From Lophium mytilinum (lineage: Eukaryota): DNA of 64,000 nucleotides. Positions 48,229-60,849 of this stretch are shown in pieces. The stretch is taken from assembly GCA_010093605.1 (NCBI GenBank), contig MU004183.1, positions 2,170,001 to 2,234,000 of the forward strand, given 5' to 3'. The position numbers and the translations under genes are program-made. Below the pieces are notes generated by a model. The model saw nothing but the letters and a program-made list of their open reading frames with translations, was not told the origin of the DNA and did not search any database. Every line of letters begins with the position of its first letter. Position 1 is the stretch's first letter.

Positions 48229-50583
48229 TCAACGACGGTCCCTGTCTCGATCCCGGTCCCGCTGAGGCCCGAAGTCGGCTTCGACAACCTTCTTTTCTTT
48301 CCGTGATTTGACTACGAATTGAGCGTACAGTGCGAGATGATCACTAGGAAAGTGGTAATTGGGAAACCCTGGGACCCGTTCGAGGTATTCCGGATCTACG
48401 TTGCCGAGTAGTCCAGCCACTTGGATAGCGGTTGTCGAGTACCAGATATAGTCAATTACCCCGGTGAAGTTTGGCGTATAGTTCGTGAAGCTCAATTCTC
48501 CGACTGACGAGTAACTTGATTTCAAGCTGAAAGGGTGGGACATGCCGTCCCGAGTGATGTTTCCGTAGTTGCGACTTCCCAGATCCTTGTGTGAACTTGG
48601 TAGAGATCCTTGCGAGAGAAGTGTGTGAACTCCTGAGCCTGGAAGAGAGTTGAAATCGCCGCACATGATCAGCGGGATTTGAGAACCACTAGAATATTCC
48701 ATCGAGGGGGCGGGCTCTTGGGGGGTTTCTTCTGGATCATCTTCGCCGTCTCCGTTGGTGAACCTGTATAACACCTTGTCTGTGCACGCCGGCCATTTCG
48801 CATATTTTTCGGCGAGCTTCGTGATCTGCTCCATAAGAATGGCAACCTGTACGACTTTGACGTCTACAAAGACCTCGTTCCAGAAAATGTGCGCGTTACT
48901 AACGATCAGACGTGCTCCAGTCGCGCGGTTCTCCAAGAATATTATAACGGCGATGTCATCTCGAGGCATTACCCGGTTGAAAACATCATGCTCTCCCTTC
49001 ATATCTGGTCGGTTGATGGCGGTATTGGCAAAATCAACGAGGTGCTTGTCTAACAGGATGTACTTGCTGTTTTTGTAGAAGGTCGCGCATCCATCTACCA
49101 ACTTTGCTTCTTTTTCTGCCATCGTCCTCGCTCTTGACTTGGGCCAGAAGACTCCCTTGTAGTCGTTATGCGCCAGTGACGGGCGGAAGTAGTCGTTGTA
49201 AGATCCGAGGTCGATTTCCTGGAGACACACGACATCGGCATTCCGTTCACGGAGTTCTGCTAGAATGACTTCTTTCCGGTGATCCCAAGACAGTGCTCCT
49301 GAAGGCGTGTAACCATACTGGGCTTGCGTAGCATACTTGTCACACAAGGTATTGTAACTTAGAGCCGTGAACGTTTCTTGACCAGGCGCTGGCGTGTCGT
49401 CAAGAATAATCCAGTCTCGTTCTTGTGGTGGATCTGGCCCTGCTTGGTTGTGAGTAAAAGATGAGATTTTGGTCATGAAAGGGTCTGAGCCACCTTGTGC
49501 ATTTTCCCGGAAATATTTGATCAACTCAACAGTCCCGTGATCGACAACGATGGACTTGATGTCTTCCGACATCGGATTTCCTTCGATTCCTAGCATTTCC
49601 AGTTGGTACAGGGATCCCATCTCGAAAGGAAGCGTCTCCAGCTGATTATCAAACAGCAAGAGTTGCCTTAGATTGACCAGCATCCCGATTTCAGCAGGTA
49701 TGCTGTGCAGCTCGTTCAGAGAAAGGTCTAGGTGATTGAGATTACGTAGCTTCCCAACGGTGGGAGACAACGACGACAGCTTGTTGCAATTCAGATATAG
49801 CTTAGTCAGGAACTCGTACTGAAACAAAGGCGCAGCCAACACTTTGAGGTTCTGGCCGCCAAAATCCAAGATAGTCCACGTCTGGTCTTGTCGAGCGTCG
49901 TCGTTACCGTGGATCAGGGCCCTATTCCGCTCTTCTTTCTCCGACTCTTTCGAAGCTCCGTTTGTTGATCCAGCTACCACGTTCTTGTTCACGCTTGGGT
50001 GATTTCGGGCGTGCGGGTGTGACTGCGTCATCTCTCTGGCCTGTTGAGCCAGCCGCAATTGCTCATACCAGTGATCGTTCGCGGGCTTTGCAGGCCCACT
50101 ATTTACGCTGCCGGGTGTGCCGTTCTGCAGGTGACCGGGAGTAAAATGCGGCGTGGCATTCGACAGCCCTCCGCTCGATATCGTATGCTGGTGGTTTGCA
50201 AAATTGGCCCCATGGTTGGTCCCATTGTGTTCCTGGTGCTGTTGGTGTTGTTGAATGCCATGGTGCTGATGGTTTTGCTGGTGTTGGAACGGCTTGCCCA
50301 GATTCATGTGCATTGCGTATCGCTGATGGGAGGCGCCATTCAACATAGCATGGTTCTGGTTGTGGTGCCCTGTGTTGAACATGCCGTAGTGAGCTGGAGA
50401 CTGTGACCCAGGAGATCGAGTAGGTGAGGGAGTGTCCGTGCTGAAAGGTAACCGTCCGTTGTGAGGGGGCGACCCGGCGCGGTTTGCAATCGGCCTCGAA
50501 TGGTAGTTTGGCGCGTGTTGTTGTTGTTGGGAGTAGAAGGACTGGTTAGCACCCCGCTGGTATCCCGTGTACGCATCGGCCAT
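48229..50583 (-). CDS. CCR4: CCR4-NOT deadenylase subunit Ccr4 (Q/H-rich N-terminus, LRR, EEP nuclease)
   Basis: LRRs (LTKLYLNCNKLSSL), SYNTLCDKYAT, VCLQE, CGDFNS, IDYIWY and FPSDH. Probable 54-nt in-frame intron at 49440-49493. Confidence 0.97.
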   Translation of the reverse strand: MADAYTGYQRGANQSFYSQQQQHAPNYHSRPIANRAGSPPHNGRLPFSTDTPSPTRSPGSQSPAHYGMFNTGHHNQNHAMLNGASHQRYAMHMNLGKPFQHQQNHQHHGIQQHQQHQEHNGTNHGANFANHQHTISSGGLSNATPHFTPGHLQNGTPGSVNSGPAKPANDHWYEQLRLAQQAREMTQSHPHARNHPSVNKNVVAGSTNGASKESEKEERNRALIHGNDDARQDQTWTILDFGGQNLKVLAAPLFQYEFLTKLYLNCNKLSSLSPTVGKLRNLNHLDLSLNELHSIPAEIGMLVNLRQLLLFDNQLETLPFEMGSLYQLEMLGIEGNPMSEDIKSIVVDHGTVELIKYFRENAQGGSDPFMTKISSFTHNQAGPDPPQERDWIILDDTPAPGQETFTALSYNTLCDKYATQAQYGYTPSGALSWDHRKEVILAELRERNADVVCLQEIDLGSYNDYFRPSLAHNDYKGVFWPKSRARTMAEKEAKLVDGCATFYKNSKYILLDKHLVDFANTAINRPDMKGEHDVFNRVMPRDDIAVIIFLENRATGARLIVSNAHIFWNEVFVDVKVVQVAILMEQITKLAEKYAKWPACTDKVLYRFTNGDGEDDPEETPQEPAPSMEYSSGSQIPLIMCGDFNSLPGSGVHTLLSQGSLPSSHKDLGSRNYGNITRDGMSHPFSLKSSYSSVGELSFTNYTPNFTGVIDYIWYSTTAIQVAGLLGNVDPEYLERVPGFPNYHFPSDHLALYAQFVVKSRKEKKVVEADFGPQRDRDRDRDRR

Positions 50584-51954
50584 CTATTCTCGATGCGCCG
50601 TGCGACTCACTAGCTCCTCCAGTCGGCCAAGTGTGTAGTGGTATGAAGTCTGGGGCGGAGTTTAGATTGGTGATTGTGTGGGAGGTGGGGATCGAGGACG
50701 CTGTCTTCTTCGTTTTAACATCTGCAAGCGAGCAGGCGGCACGCATAAAGGATTGGGGCTACAGCCAGCCGCACGGCGGCGTAGTGAATGGGGCTTCTGC
50801 GGCTGCGGTGGTGCTGGATACGGGCGGTTCAACGATGGTGGCTGCAAAGAGCGAGGGAGAGCCGGCGGGCGGGACAGCGGGTGATGCCAAGTTGGACTCG
50901 TGAATCTCGGGGTCACGTGGCTAATTGGTGTCTCGATAGCCTGCGGGTGTGCATTCACTGTAGTCAGCGCGGGCGGTCGAGATGAGGGTCGGGTATGGCG
51001 ATGGGATGTGCGACTGCTCGTCATAGAAGGACGTACGCACAATTGGAGACGCGGGAGAACTCGAAGCGGGCTTCCAACTCCTGTTCAATGGTTGCAGAGA
51101 GGCGATATGCTGCACCAAGAGGCGGTCCGCGAAGAATAGTCGGCTGGTAGGTGATGCTGGCTTGGTCCCACGAGGTTGAGGCTCTTCGCTGGACGGAAAC
51201 GCTGCTGCCAAGAGCGAGAATGTCACGTGACCTTATATGCGCTAGACATGATATACGTGGAGCCAGCCAGCTCCTCACCACCACCTGCGTCCGAGGCCGC
51301 GCCGGCAAGACATCTTGAGCATCTCTCCAGCCTCACTGACTCCCGCCGCTGCTGCTCGTCTTCTCTCGTCAGGTGCAGGCCCCTCCAGCCCCATGACGCC
51401 AAGGCTTGAGGAGATGCACCGTCTCGCGCCGGCGGAGATCACTTGCCCCGGACCAGAATCCGCGCGCTGCTGCGATCTTGGGGCTGCTGCAAGCACCTTA
51501 CCTTCAGCATGTTGACTATGGTTGCCAGTTTTCTGCGTGACTGGAAGAAGCAAATCTGGCATGGGCACCTCGGCTTCGGGCCCATACAGCATGCTGGTCT
51601 CAGGATGTCCCCTCAGCTGCCCTCGCCCTAGGCCTGCTGGTGGTAGGATTTAATATAGCCGGGACTGGAGTACACATTGCGTCTCATACCGACTCCTGCA
51701 GCTTCATTTCTTTTTTTCCCCCACAGCGTCCTCCGCGAACCTCGTTCAAACGCAGCTGCGCATCCTCCCTGGGCGAATCCCCGGCCGCACGTGCTTATCT
51801 GACGCCTGCGCAGGCACGGCAGGGCATAATTGCAGATATACCATCCGCCAGCCGCTAGTTACAGTGGGGCAAGGGGGGACCATGGCGGAATGGATGATGG
51901 TCTTCACCTCCAGTTCGCGCGAACCCGGTCGCCTTTTGCTAACCTGAAACCCAG

Positions 51955-53307
51955 TACCGGTATACCAACGGGCCAACGATAAGACCAAAGCCCACGTCTG
52001 CCGACGCAAAGCAATGGGACTTTACCACTACTGACGCGCTGGGGCGGACTATCTCGGGCGGCACGTCTAGCTCTAATGCTTCTGCACCAGGACATTCAAT
52101 GGATGCAACGCGGGGCTCCATCTCGAGCTCGTCAACTCAGAGCACAAAGGACGAAAGCGCCTCGAGTCCCTTCATTCTACGCCATGGCCGCCGCTATCTC
52201 CGCGATCTCCCATACCCGCTCCCTTGCGACCTCCCGGAGCTGCAGCGCCAGAACCTCCAAACCCTCCTCGCGACTTCAGTGCTTGGCCAGGCGCTGGGCT
52301 CCCCTCCAAATTTCCTCACCCGGCCACCAACAAAAGTGCTAGAGATAGCATGTGGGAGCGGATACTGGTCATCGCTGTGCCACGACCAATTGGAGGCAGT
52401 GGGCCATAGGGTGACGTTCACTGGGTTGGACATTGTCCATTTGGCTGGTAGTCTAGAACAGCAAGGCGTCGACTGGAAATTCGTCCAGCATGACTTGCGC
52501 AAGGTGCCGTTGCCGTTCGACGACGACGAGTTCGACATCGTCGTCGTGAAGGACTTGAGCTTGGTAGTGCCCTTGGGTTCTCCCTCTCAGCGGATACTAG
52601 ACGAGGGTATGCGAGTCCTGCGGTCGGGAGGGACTCTGGAGATGTGGGATTCAGACGTGAGCAAGCACACTGTGCATTTGTTGGTCGAACAAAGTACTGA
52701 ATTGATTTAGCATATAATACGGAGTATACTCCCACATCCACCACCGCCTCCCGGAGCGAATCCCGAGGTCTACAAAAAGGCAGTAGCAACCGGCACGTTC
52801 CTCATCTCTCCAGGAACTCCATTCACAGATGCGCACAACAAGTTCCTCCAAGACTCCAACGGATGGATCCAAGAGGCCCTTGATCGGAGGAAGCTGGCAC
52901 CAACTCCATGTTCCCTTCTGTCGCAAACACTATTACAGGAGGTGGAGACTCTCTGCGATGTCGGCTATAGACGCATTGCAATCCCGCTGGGAGAGTTGCG
53001 CTGGGAGCGCGAGGCGGCGGACCGGAATCCTACAAAACGCCGGGAGAGCGAATCGGCGAGAGGCAAGCGAAGTGTTGCTGAGGGCGGAGCGCTAACGGAA
53101 GAGCAGGCCTCACTCAGGTACACGGCCCTTCTGGTCGTAATCCAGATGATTGAAAGCTTAGAACCACTGCTCCTGGAGGTTAGTGGCAAGAACCAGGAAG
53201 AGTGGCAGCGATGGTGGGGATGGATGATGGCAGATCTGCTTGAGGGAAAGGGTGCATCGAATGGAGAATGTTTGGAGATAGGAGTTTGGTGGGCTCATAA
53301 GATTTAG
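51955..53307 (+). CDS. SAM-dependent methyltransferase-like protein (5' end uncertain)
   Basis: PYPLPCDLPELQRQ, KVLEIACGSGYWS, FVQHDL...LPFDDDEFD and RVLRSGG. Intron ~52657-52709. The frame is open from an acceptor at 51954, but the upstream exon was not resolved. Confidence 0.8.
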
Positions 53308-53372
53308 GGTTTGTTTGACTTACTCGTCGCTTTGTTGCACTTGCTTGGCTCTTCAATTGGAGTACGGATTGC

Positions 53373-53791
53373 TCATGTCTTTTCATATCTTTGGCGTAGG
53401 GTGCGGTATCGCTTCAGATAATACCTGGTCATGTAAATGTTTTTTCTAGTTCATTCAGACGCCGTCTGCACTTACAAGGCCTCGATTTCTGGCCGTTGAC
53501 GATCAGCTCTACACTTGCAAGCCACCACAGTACTGGAGGACTCACCCTTCTTCACGAACTCTGCTCTCTTGATGCCCTGTCGAATTTGCTCTTCATCCTT
53601 GATGCCGGCTTGACTCGCAAATGCCTTGTGGAGTCGAGGTCTGAAGTAGTCAAACCCCAATGGATATTCCCGGCCCAAGTATAGCAACTCTTGGAAACGT
53701 CAATACCTCCTCTACAAATCCTAGCTTTGCCGAGGATCATACCTTTGTATATACGAATGACTTCGTGTCGTAGACTCGAATTCAAGGTCAT
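53373..53791 (-). CDS. LYR-motif protein (LYRM5/ETFRF1-like), 4 exons
   Basis: [40 protein letters not shown]...[28 protein letters not shown]. Confidence 0.88.
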
Positions 53792-54075
53792 AATTACGGC
53801 TACCCACAGCACGCAGCGTGGCACAAACTAGGTAGAGCAAAAGCGAGCGTGGCGAGATGTGCGTTGTATAGAGGCAGATGATGCCCTCATCCACCCGCAA
53901 GGTGGGGAGTGGGAGCTCAGACCGATCGCCCTGACGTCGAGCTTCGGTTCTAACAGCCGAGCTTCAATTGCTCCTCCGCGAACAGCCATCGCGCAGTCCC
54001 TACAACGCGTTCGTCACTGTAGCGCAGCCTTCTGTACTCCCCGGATCGCCCTCGGTCGCCGAGACACAGCCCACG

Positions 54076-55239
54076 ATGCGTCTTCGAGTGCTTGCGCCGT
54101 GTCTCACCCAGACACTCACTCGGCCAACAGCCCAGCGCGTGCAGCATACCCGATATGCGTGGACCGCGCAGCTATCCAGCGAGGCAGCCACGACAGGGCT
54201 CAACCCACGCTGGCTCACAGAGGTACAAAGGCGGATCGGGAAGTGTATAATGTTTGGGCTACAGCCGGAGCAGACGGCGGAGGCGGGGTTGATACTACAA
54301 GAGCTGGCGACGGACTGGAGGGAGCTGGTAGCTGGGAGCGAGGGCTTCCTGACAGGCAAGAACCGGGCAGGCCTTCACCGGCAGAAGGTGGTGTGGGGAG
54401 AGATGGTAGACACCCTCGACACAAGCAATTGCGGGAGTACAGCAGCTAACGCTTAGTTTTGCGGGTGGCTATAGGATAGTATGGTAAGACAGCCCTGAAC
54501 CAAACGGTCTTTGTACAGATGTACATCACGCATCGGATAGCTAAAGTCGAGTCAAGGGTACGCAATCGAGGCATGGTCCACTCCTCGGAATTTAGATTGA
54601 CATGTGCAGGACACGTAAACAACGTTACATATAATCGGTAAAGAAGCTGCCCCTTTATGACCAAAGAGGAGATTAATGAGTTATAGATACGCCGAATCAG
54701 CACGCACTCAATGGGTGCTCAACTTCGCCAACTTCATCGATCCATCGCGCAAGCAGGAATGGAGCCAGCTACTGAAAAACCAGGGCATTGGACTCATCCT
54801 CCGCAGCATCCGAACCGACTATAAATTTGTAGGAGGCTGCGCTGTCTTAGTAAACGGCCCGCATTGCTGACAAGTTTCAACGCAGCCCATGGAATGGCCA
54901 GATCATGTAACCGTCCTGCATAAACTGCGGTCCAAGCCAACGCCGGATACCGACCATTTCATCCTCGACGTGATGATTCTCTCGGAGCTGCATCGGCGGC
55001 CCGCGGCGAGGTGTGTCGAGGACACGGTGGTGTACGACTACAAGAAGGGTAAGAAGGCGACGCTGCTACCTTTCATGGTGGACAAGTTCCGCGAGACGTT
55101 CGAGTTACAGGAGCAGGCAAAGGCCAAGTACGGCAGCCGGGTGCTAGACATGCTGCAGCGAGTTGAGGTGCTGGAGAAAGGCAGTTGGGATAGAGCAGAT
55201 GCCAAGGAAGATCTAGGTAGCGTCCAGGCGAAGCCATAA
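54076..55239 (+). CDS. Mitochondrial-type hot-dog-fold thioesterase (4HBT-like), 5 exons
   Basis: The spliced motif VVWGEM-DSM-GHVNNVTYNR-YAESAR needs a 9-nt micro-exon at 54475-54483. Also YKF-PMEWPD and VVYDY, with an Arg-rich presequence. Confidence 0.88.
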
Positions 55240-55642
55240 CGTCTTACCTTATCGTGGACTCTCCACCAGGGATGCAAACCGAGTTGATCGACATGCATTC
55301 CCGTTGCGCGCGTGACCGAAACGCCGTTTCAAGCCCGCGTAAGGCCGTTGTGATTGGCTTCTCTGCCGTAAAGACCCATGAGAAGGGGGTGGAGACGCAG
55401 AAAGCTCCGGGTTAATAACAAGCGACGTGTAAAAGTCCCCTCGCTCGACCATGGTCCTTCGTGGCGGCCGGAGATTGCTACCTTTGTAGGAGGGCTCAAT
55501 GCCGCTGTAGCTTAACAGCAGGTATTGTGTCATCATTTTCTCACCTTTTGACATCACCAAGACTGCGATACCGCGGCAGCAAGAGCGCAAGAATGAGGCT
55601 GGTGAGCAGGCTCATTAATTGAAAAGCGGCAGTTCATTCTAA

Positions 55643-55732
55643 CGTCGTCTGAGGTAGCCCGAAGAGCCATCCAGCCATCAAACGTTTTTCCGTTCACAAG
55701 GACAGACTAGGGGACCTCGAGTGGTGCCCGGC
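55643..55732 (-). repeat. Copy of the ~95-bp element
   Basis: CGTCTGAGGTAGCCCGAAGAGC...CTAGGGGACCTCGAGTGGTGCC resembles the 16398 and 47137 copies. Confidence 0.55.
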
Positions 55733-56774
55733 GAGTGCGGTTATCCACAAATTAGGTAGGTGTATCTCACGCCATAGAGTCCGTAGGGCGGATAGGTGTA
55801 TATCGGAAAATTCAGGATATGATCATAAATGCTGTGAACTACTGTGCTGCCACTTTTTGGTCAGCAAACCCTGGCGGGGCGGCGGACAATGAGGTGAGTC
55901 AAGAGAGCAGCGCGCGCAGTTCGATTCGCCAGCATCGAAACGGGCATGATGCGGTGTGCAGTGCTGCTCGAATAGGGCCTGCCACGACCTCATTTGCTGC
56001 CGATCGCATCCGGAGGCAGCAGAATTCTTCGCGCACTACACAGGCCATCCCGGGCGCCCGCAAATGAAATGGGAGAGCTAGGCGTGGTGGGGGCAAACAT
56101 CATGCGTAAGGTTGATGGCGCTGGAGAGAGAGCAGCTCTGCGCATGAGGCCGCTCGGAACTGGTACTTCTAAGATGGGTAGTTGCATGCTCTTGGACGGC
56201 GCGCAAAGGGCAGACGGCGGAGGTGTGCAAGAAGAGGGCATGAAACGTCGGCGGGCGCACTGCTTTCGGTCGGCGGCATCCCGTTCACGGCTAAGGCGTC
56301 CGATCTGCGCGGTGCCGTGTCGATGCGAGACGGATGGGCCTGATGCTTGCCTCGCCACGCTGCGTGCGGGCGAGAAGCTGGAGAAGAGAGCGCAAAAGTG
56401 CCCGCAAAGCAGCCCAGCACACGCTGAAAGGGTGCCCGCGCTGACCTGCCGATTGGGTTATCGAGACGCCGTTGGCCCGCTCTGCTGCCCCCCAAGCCCG
56501 GAGTTGTTAGTCCCAGATTTGCGGCTGCTTGCTGCGCTGTGGTGTATTCCACTGGGAGAGTGGGCCTCAGCTGCCGAGCCGAATCTTGGCTCAACCACCG
56601 ATCTCCCATCGCAGACCTTTCCACGGGCTCCCCTCGACATCACCTCGCTCCACCCACCACGGCGTCCTCAGCCCGCCGTCCCCCACCGCACGCCCTGGGC
56701 TCTGTTCCTGTTCCCTGGCTCGTCTCGCTGCGTCCTGTCGAGCCAGCCCTGGGACTGTCAGCCTAGGCCTGCTG

Positions 56775-59703
56775 ATGCCACCGAAGAAACGCAACGCCCA
56801 GCACGACAGAAAGCATGAGAATGGCCTGGCCGCCCCTGGAAAGCGCATCCAGAAGCAAAAGTCCAATCCCCAGCTCAACGGACACGCCAATGGAAGCCCC
56901 CAGCCGCCCACGCCCCCGCTGCCGCCAGATGTAAACCAGCATATGACGTTGCCGGCCACGACCAACGGCGATGCCTATGGACCATCGCCCGACAACACCA
57001 TGGCCCAGCAGCCGCCCACGAGGCCTGACGGACGGGTTCGCGCCGTGTCCGACCTGTCTCTCGATGGCCTCGAGGCCGGCCGCTTCGACAACGCCAACGG
57101 GTCCGCCGACCAACCGCCAATGCCCCGTCGGATGGAGACCAAGCACGCGCCTTCGTACAATGTCAACATGCTCACCGTGGCCACCACCATTCTCTCCTCC
57201 TGTCCTCTGCGGGACGTTCTCGCTATCCTCATAATCCTGCTCCAGCTCCCCCCGACCGTTCTCACCATCATCCACTTCCTCTTCGCGACCCTCACCTTCG
57301 TCCCTCCGCAAACAGGGACCTCCCTCTCCGCCCTCTCCGCACTCCCCTCCCTCACCGACATCTTCCAGGGCTCGGGCGGGACGCCCTCCCTTTTCACCAT
57401 CATCTTCGCCGATGTCTTCATCCTCATACTCTGGCTCCTGATGTGGGTCCCTGTACAGAACTTCTTTCTGGACCTCGCACAGGCCGTCATTGCCATATCG
57501 CTCGGAGGGGCTGCCGCTGGGAAGGGTGGCACGACGAACAGCATATTTTTGTGCATCGTCATCATTCTTTCCTCGCATCTCTTCCGATTCAGGCCTCTCC
57601 GGCAACACATTGTCCAATTTCTGTGGGCCGGGCTCTCCCGGGGAGGCCTTGATTTTCTATTGAGTCCGCCAAGTACACCGACATATTCAGATTCTTTCAC
57701 CATGCCTCATGGGTGGCCTCGCAGTTTGCTTGGCATTCACATACTAACACAAGGCGTCGTTCGCCTCATTCGCCGCTCACTCTCTCGGCGAGAATCATCT
57801 CAATCAATGCCAACAGTCAAAAGGACAGATCCTGAGGCTGCAGTTGCTACCTTAACACCTCGTACAAATTCCAGTCTGCTGGAGTCTGGCCTCGACGTGG
57901 CTAGCAGCTCTAGTACCGACGGACGCCCACCTGGGCCTTCCCCCGCAACCCGCGACTATAAAGAAAAAGCTACTAGCGGAAAAAAGAAGAGGAAGCAGGC
58001 GACCCATGTCCGGAGTCAGCAACCATTCTGGGCCGCTCTTGCGAGTACAAAAGTTACTGTTTTGAAAGAGATGGAGCAAAGCCAGGCGGCGAATGACGCT
58101 GGCGAAGCCAACGCAAAAGATGCACATCACATTGGAAATGCTGTTTGGAGAGCGGAGGACGATCGGGTTTGGATCGCCAACGTGGGGCCTACCGATGTAT
58201 ATTTCCTGGTCAGCTTGTACCGGATGGGGGACTCGAATTGTTACACTAGGGACGGAAATAGGAGGAATTCTGGGCCAGGTATCGACAAGACGAAACCGTT
58301 CTATCTGCGTGTCAACGGAGCGGATTGGAGTTCTGCACGCATTGAGAAAGCCAATCTGGAAGGATATTTGGGAGAGGAGGGAACGGATATGTGGACTGGA
58401 GAGATTTTCGGGTTGACCGCTCTGTCGAATTACTCTTGCGAATTCGTACGAACGGCCGACGAGGAGGTCTTTTATTCTGCTAGTCTTATTACCTCTGCCG
58501 CCCCCAGCGCAGAAACAGGTGAGCTCAGAGAGCCAAGCTTTCCCCTCTTCATACTTACAGTCAGCCTCAGCTTCCCTAGTCACTCCCACCCACCAAACCT
58601 TACGACCATCGTCGCCTACCACGACCCTTAAGAACTCCATAGCCGCTGCGGACCAGAAACTTCAAGAGCAACGGAATCGCCTTAAGCGCAATCGCAAAGA
58701 CCACAAGTCTGCCATCACTAATATCAAGAAAGAGGTGGAGACTTTGAGCAACCGCTTGTCTACCGCTGGTGGTAGTGATGACCGACAACGTCAACGTGCT
58801 CTCCAGTTCAGCCAAAACATTCGCCAGGCCGATGACGCTGCCGCCGACTTCGCCCTTCAGATCGACTCTTTGGGTGAGATTCCAGAAAACGAACTGGAGG
58901 AGTCAGCAGCAATGAAACGCGCTTGGCAGAAGGAGCGCAGCCACAGGAACGCCGTCACCAGTCATTTCGATCAAGCCAAAGCCGAGGCGGACCGTCAGCT
59001 TGCAAGCGTCCAGTCTGACATCAGCTCAACCATTCAGAAACGGGAACGTCTTCAGTTGAGGCAGACCAGACTCAACGAGCAGCACGAGCGTCTGCATGCA
59101 GCCAACGCCGAGGGCCTTCATGCCAAAACCAAGAAGCAGCAGGATCGCTTAGCCGAACTCAACAACCGAGCGTCTCTCGAGAACCAGTACGCCAGCAATA
59201 TCAATGGATACGAACGTCGTGCGTCGGAGAACAACCGCCACACGGCTCAGATCCACCAGACAATTCATCATCTCGAGGCAATGATCACGCAAGTACAGAT
59301 GTCGGTTCCCACGACCCCTGAAGGCGCGCTCCCTGGCACCAATGGCATGAACGGCGTTCCAATGACTTTCCCGGCATTCCAGTTCCCGCTCGGCTCGCAT
59401 CCCAATGGCACACCTGGTTCCATGCGTGGCGGTCGCGGCCGCTCATCCTCGATGCTCTCTAACATCAGCGGCTTCACCGACGGCTTCGACGACCCTTCAC
59501 CCTCTGTCGCTGTTCTCGCCAACCCCTTTGCGTTCGCGAACCATCTGACTGGCCGCAAAGACAGCAACGGCAGTGGATCGGGGAGTGGCAGTAGTAGCCA
59601 GAGCTCTAGTCCGCGCGATCCGATGAGTCCGATGCCGAAGCGTCTGGCGAGTCCGGGCAGTGGGAGGAGTTCGACGCCGTTGAGTCCGGTTGGTGGAAGG
59701 TAG
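56775..59703 (+). CDS. acrB: Ubiquitination-network signalling protein AcrB-like (TM segments + coiled coil)
   Basis: MPPKKRNAQHDRKHENGLAAPGKRIQKQKS, CPLRDVLAILIILLQLPP, VRSQQPFWAALASTK, LRVNGADW and LRPSSPTTTLKNSI plus coiled coil. Intron 58519-~58563. Confidence 0.85.
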
Positions 59704-60849
59704 ATGGTCCCGATTCTGAGGAAGTGGATTCGGCAGTAGTGTCAATGTGATGTGTTCTCTTTTTGTGCATCTGGGATTCTAATGTGATGTGTGATGCGTG
59801 ATACGCGTGATCCTTACTACCAGCGCCATTGGCTAGTCGAATTCTCCGTTCTACAGTCTTCTATGACTCTTCTCACTTATGCTGCAAATCCTCTAGACTC
59901 TTTTCAGAGGCTACGCAAAGTCGAACGGATGAAAGCTGAACGAGAGCTGCAGTAGCAATTCCTATGGTCCGTAGCACGAGGCCGCCAAATTTGCATGCCT
60001 CGAAGGCATGGTTCTGCTCTATCGTCGCATCCCCCCGCTGAAGCTGTTCCACAGGCTATCAAATATAGACCAGTAACGATTTTTAGATAGCTATGATCGA
60101 TGAGGCCATGTCAATATTAGTATCGGAATGGTAGATAAACGCTTTTCGGCTAGCAAAGGATAGCTAGGGTTCACACACATATCTAATGGAATCCTTCAAA
60201 TGGACATTCGTTTACGTACAAAAGTGGTGTAAGGGTACTGTGGGAGAAGATAGTAGACAATAGTGCTGTAACGTGGCCACAAGTTAACGAGTAGTGCTGT
60301 AGACTTCATTAGTTGAGCTTTTTTACACGGAATCAGGAACTGTGAACTGGTGATGTAGTGCCTAATAGTGTAGCACATTGAATGAAGCGGTAGGCCGGCG
60401 TAAAGCGCAACGATACACCAGCCCTGTGCAGGGGCAGCGATATCGCTGCGTTACATAACAGTTCCTCAGTCGCTGGTTGGTCCTAGTTGACTGGGCCGTG
60501 CTATCATCAAACCACATCCTTGCAGCTCGAGAAGCCCGTTATTCTCCGAGCTTGAACCAAAATCATCGCCCTCTGGCCGAAGCGGTGTGCTGACTCCGAA
60601 AATGCGCTGAAGGACGCGTCGGTGGCCTCTCTCAAGCTTCAACTTTTCACTACTCCTTCAACCTATTAATATCCGCTTTGTCCGCGAATCAACAAGCCAT
60701 CGTCCTCGGCTGTTGACACATTCTCCAGTGTGGCGAAGCCCCTCCTCAAAAAGTTCAACATCCTCTCCACAGCTCTAGTCGAGTGAAAAGGCCCCAAAAG
60801 CTGCCCACTAGGGCTCTCTATCACTCAATTGAGCTTCGAGCTCATCAGG

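Noticed and set aside
54519..54557. Possible 39-nt cassette exon inside a thioesterase intron
   Set aside because: It would need a 35-nt upstream intron, shorter than any other here, and would interrupt the DSMGHVNN motif.
55994..56774. Upstream ORF 55994-56818 and the 82-aa N-terminal extension of acrB in the ORF track
   Set aside because: Both rely on non-ATG starts. The recognisable protein begins at ATG 56775.
5896..59703. Functional clustering of RNA-decay/ribosome genes (RSA3, SKI3, RPL10, CCR4) or ubiquitin genes (OTU1, UBL-AN1, acrB)
   Set aside because: These are common housekeeping categories interspersed with unrelated genes, with no sign of co-regulation or a cluster.
60434..60449. 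Perfect 16-bp palindrome GCAGCGATATCGCTGC and a TGACTC site (60591) upstream of GCV2
   Set aside because: Isolated short motifs that cannot be distinguished from chance without conservation data.
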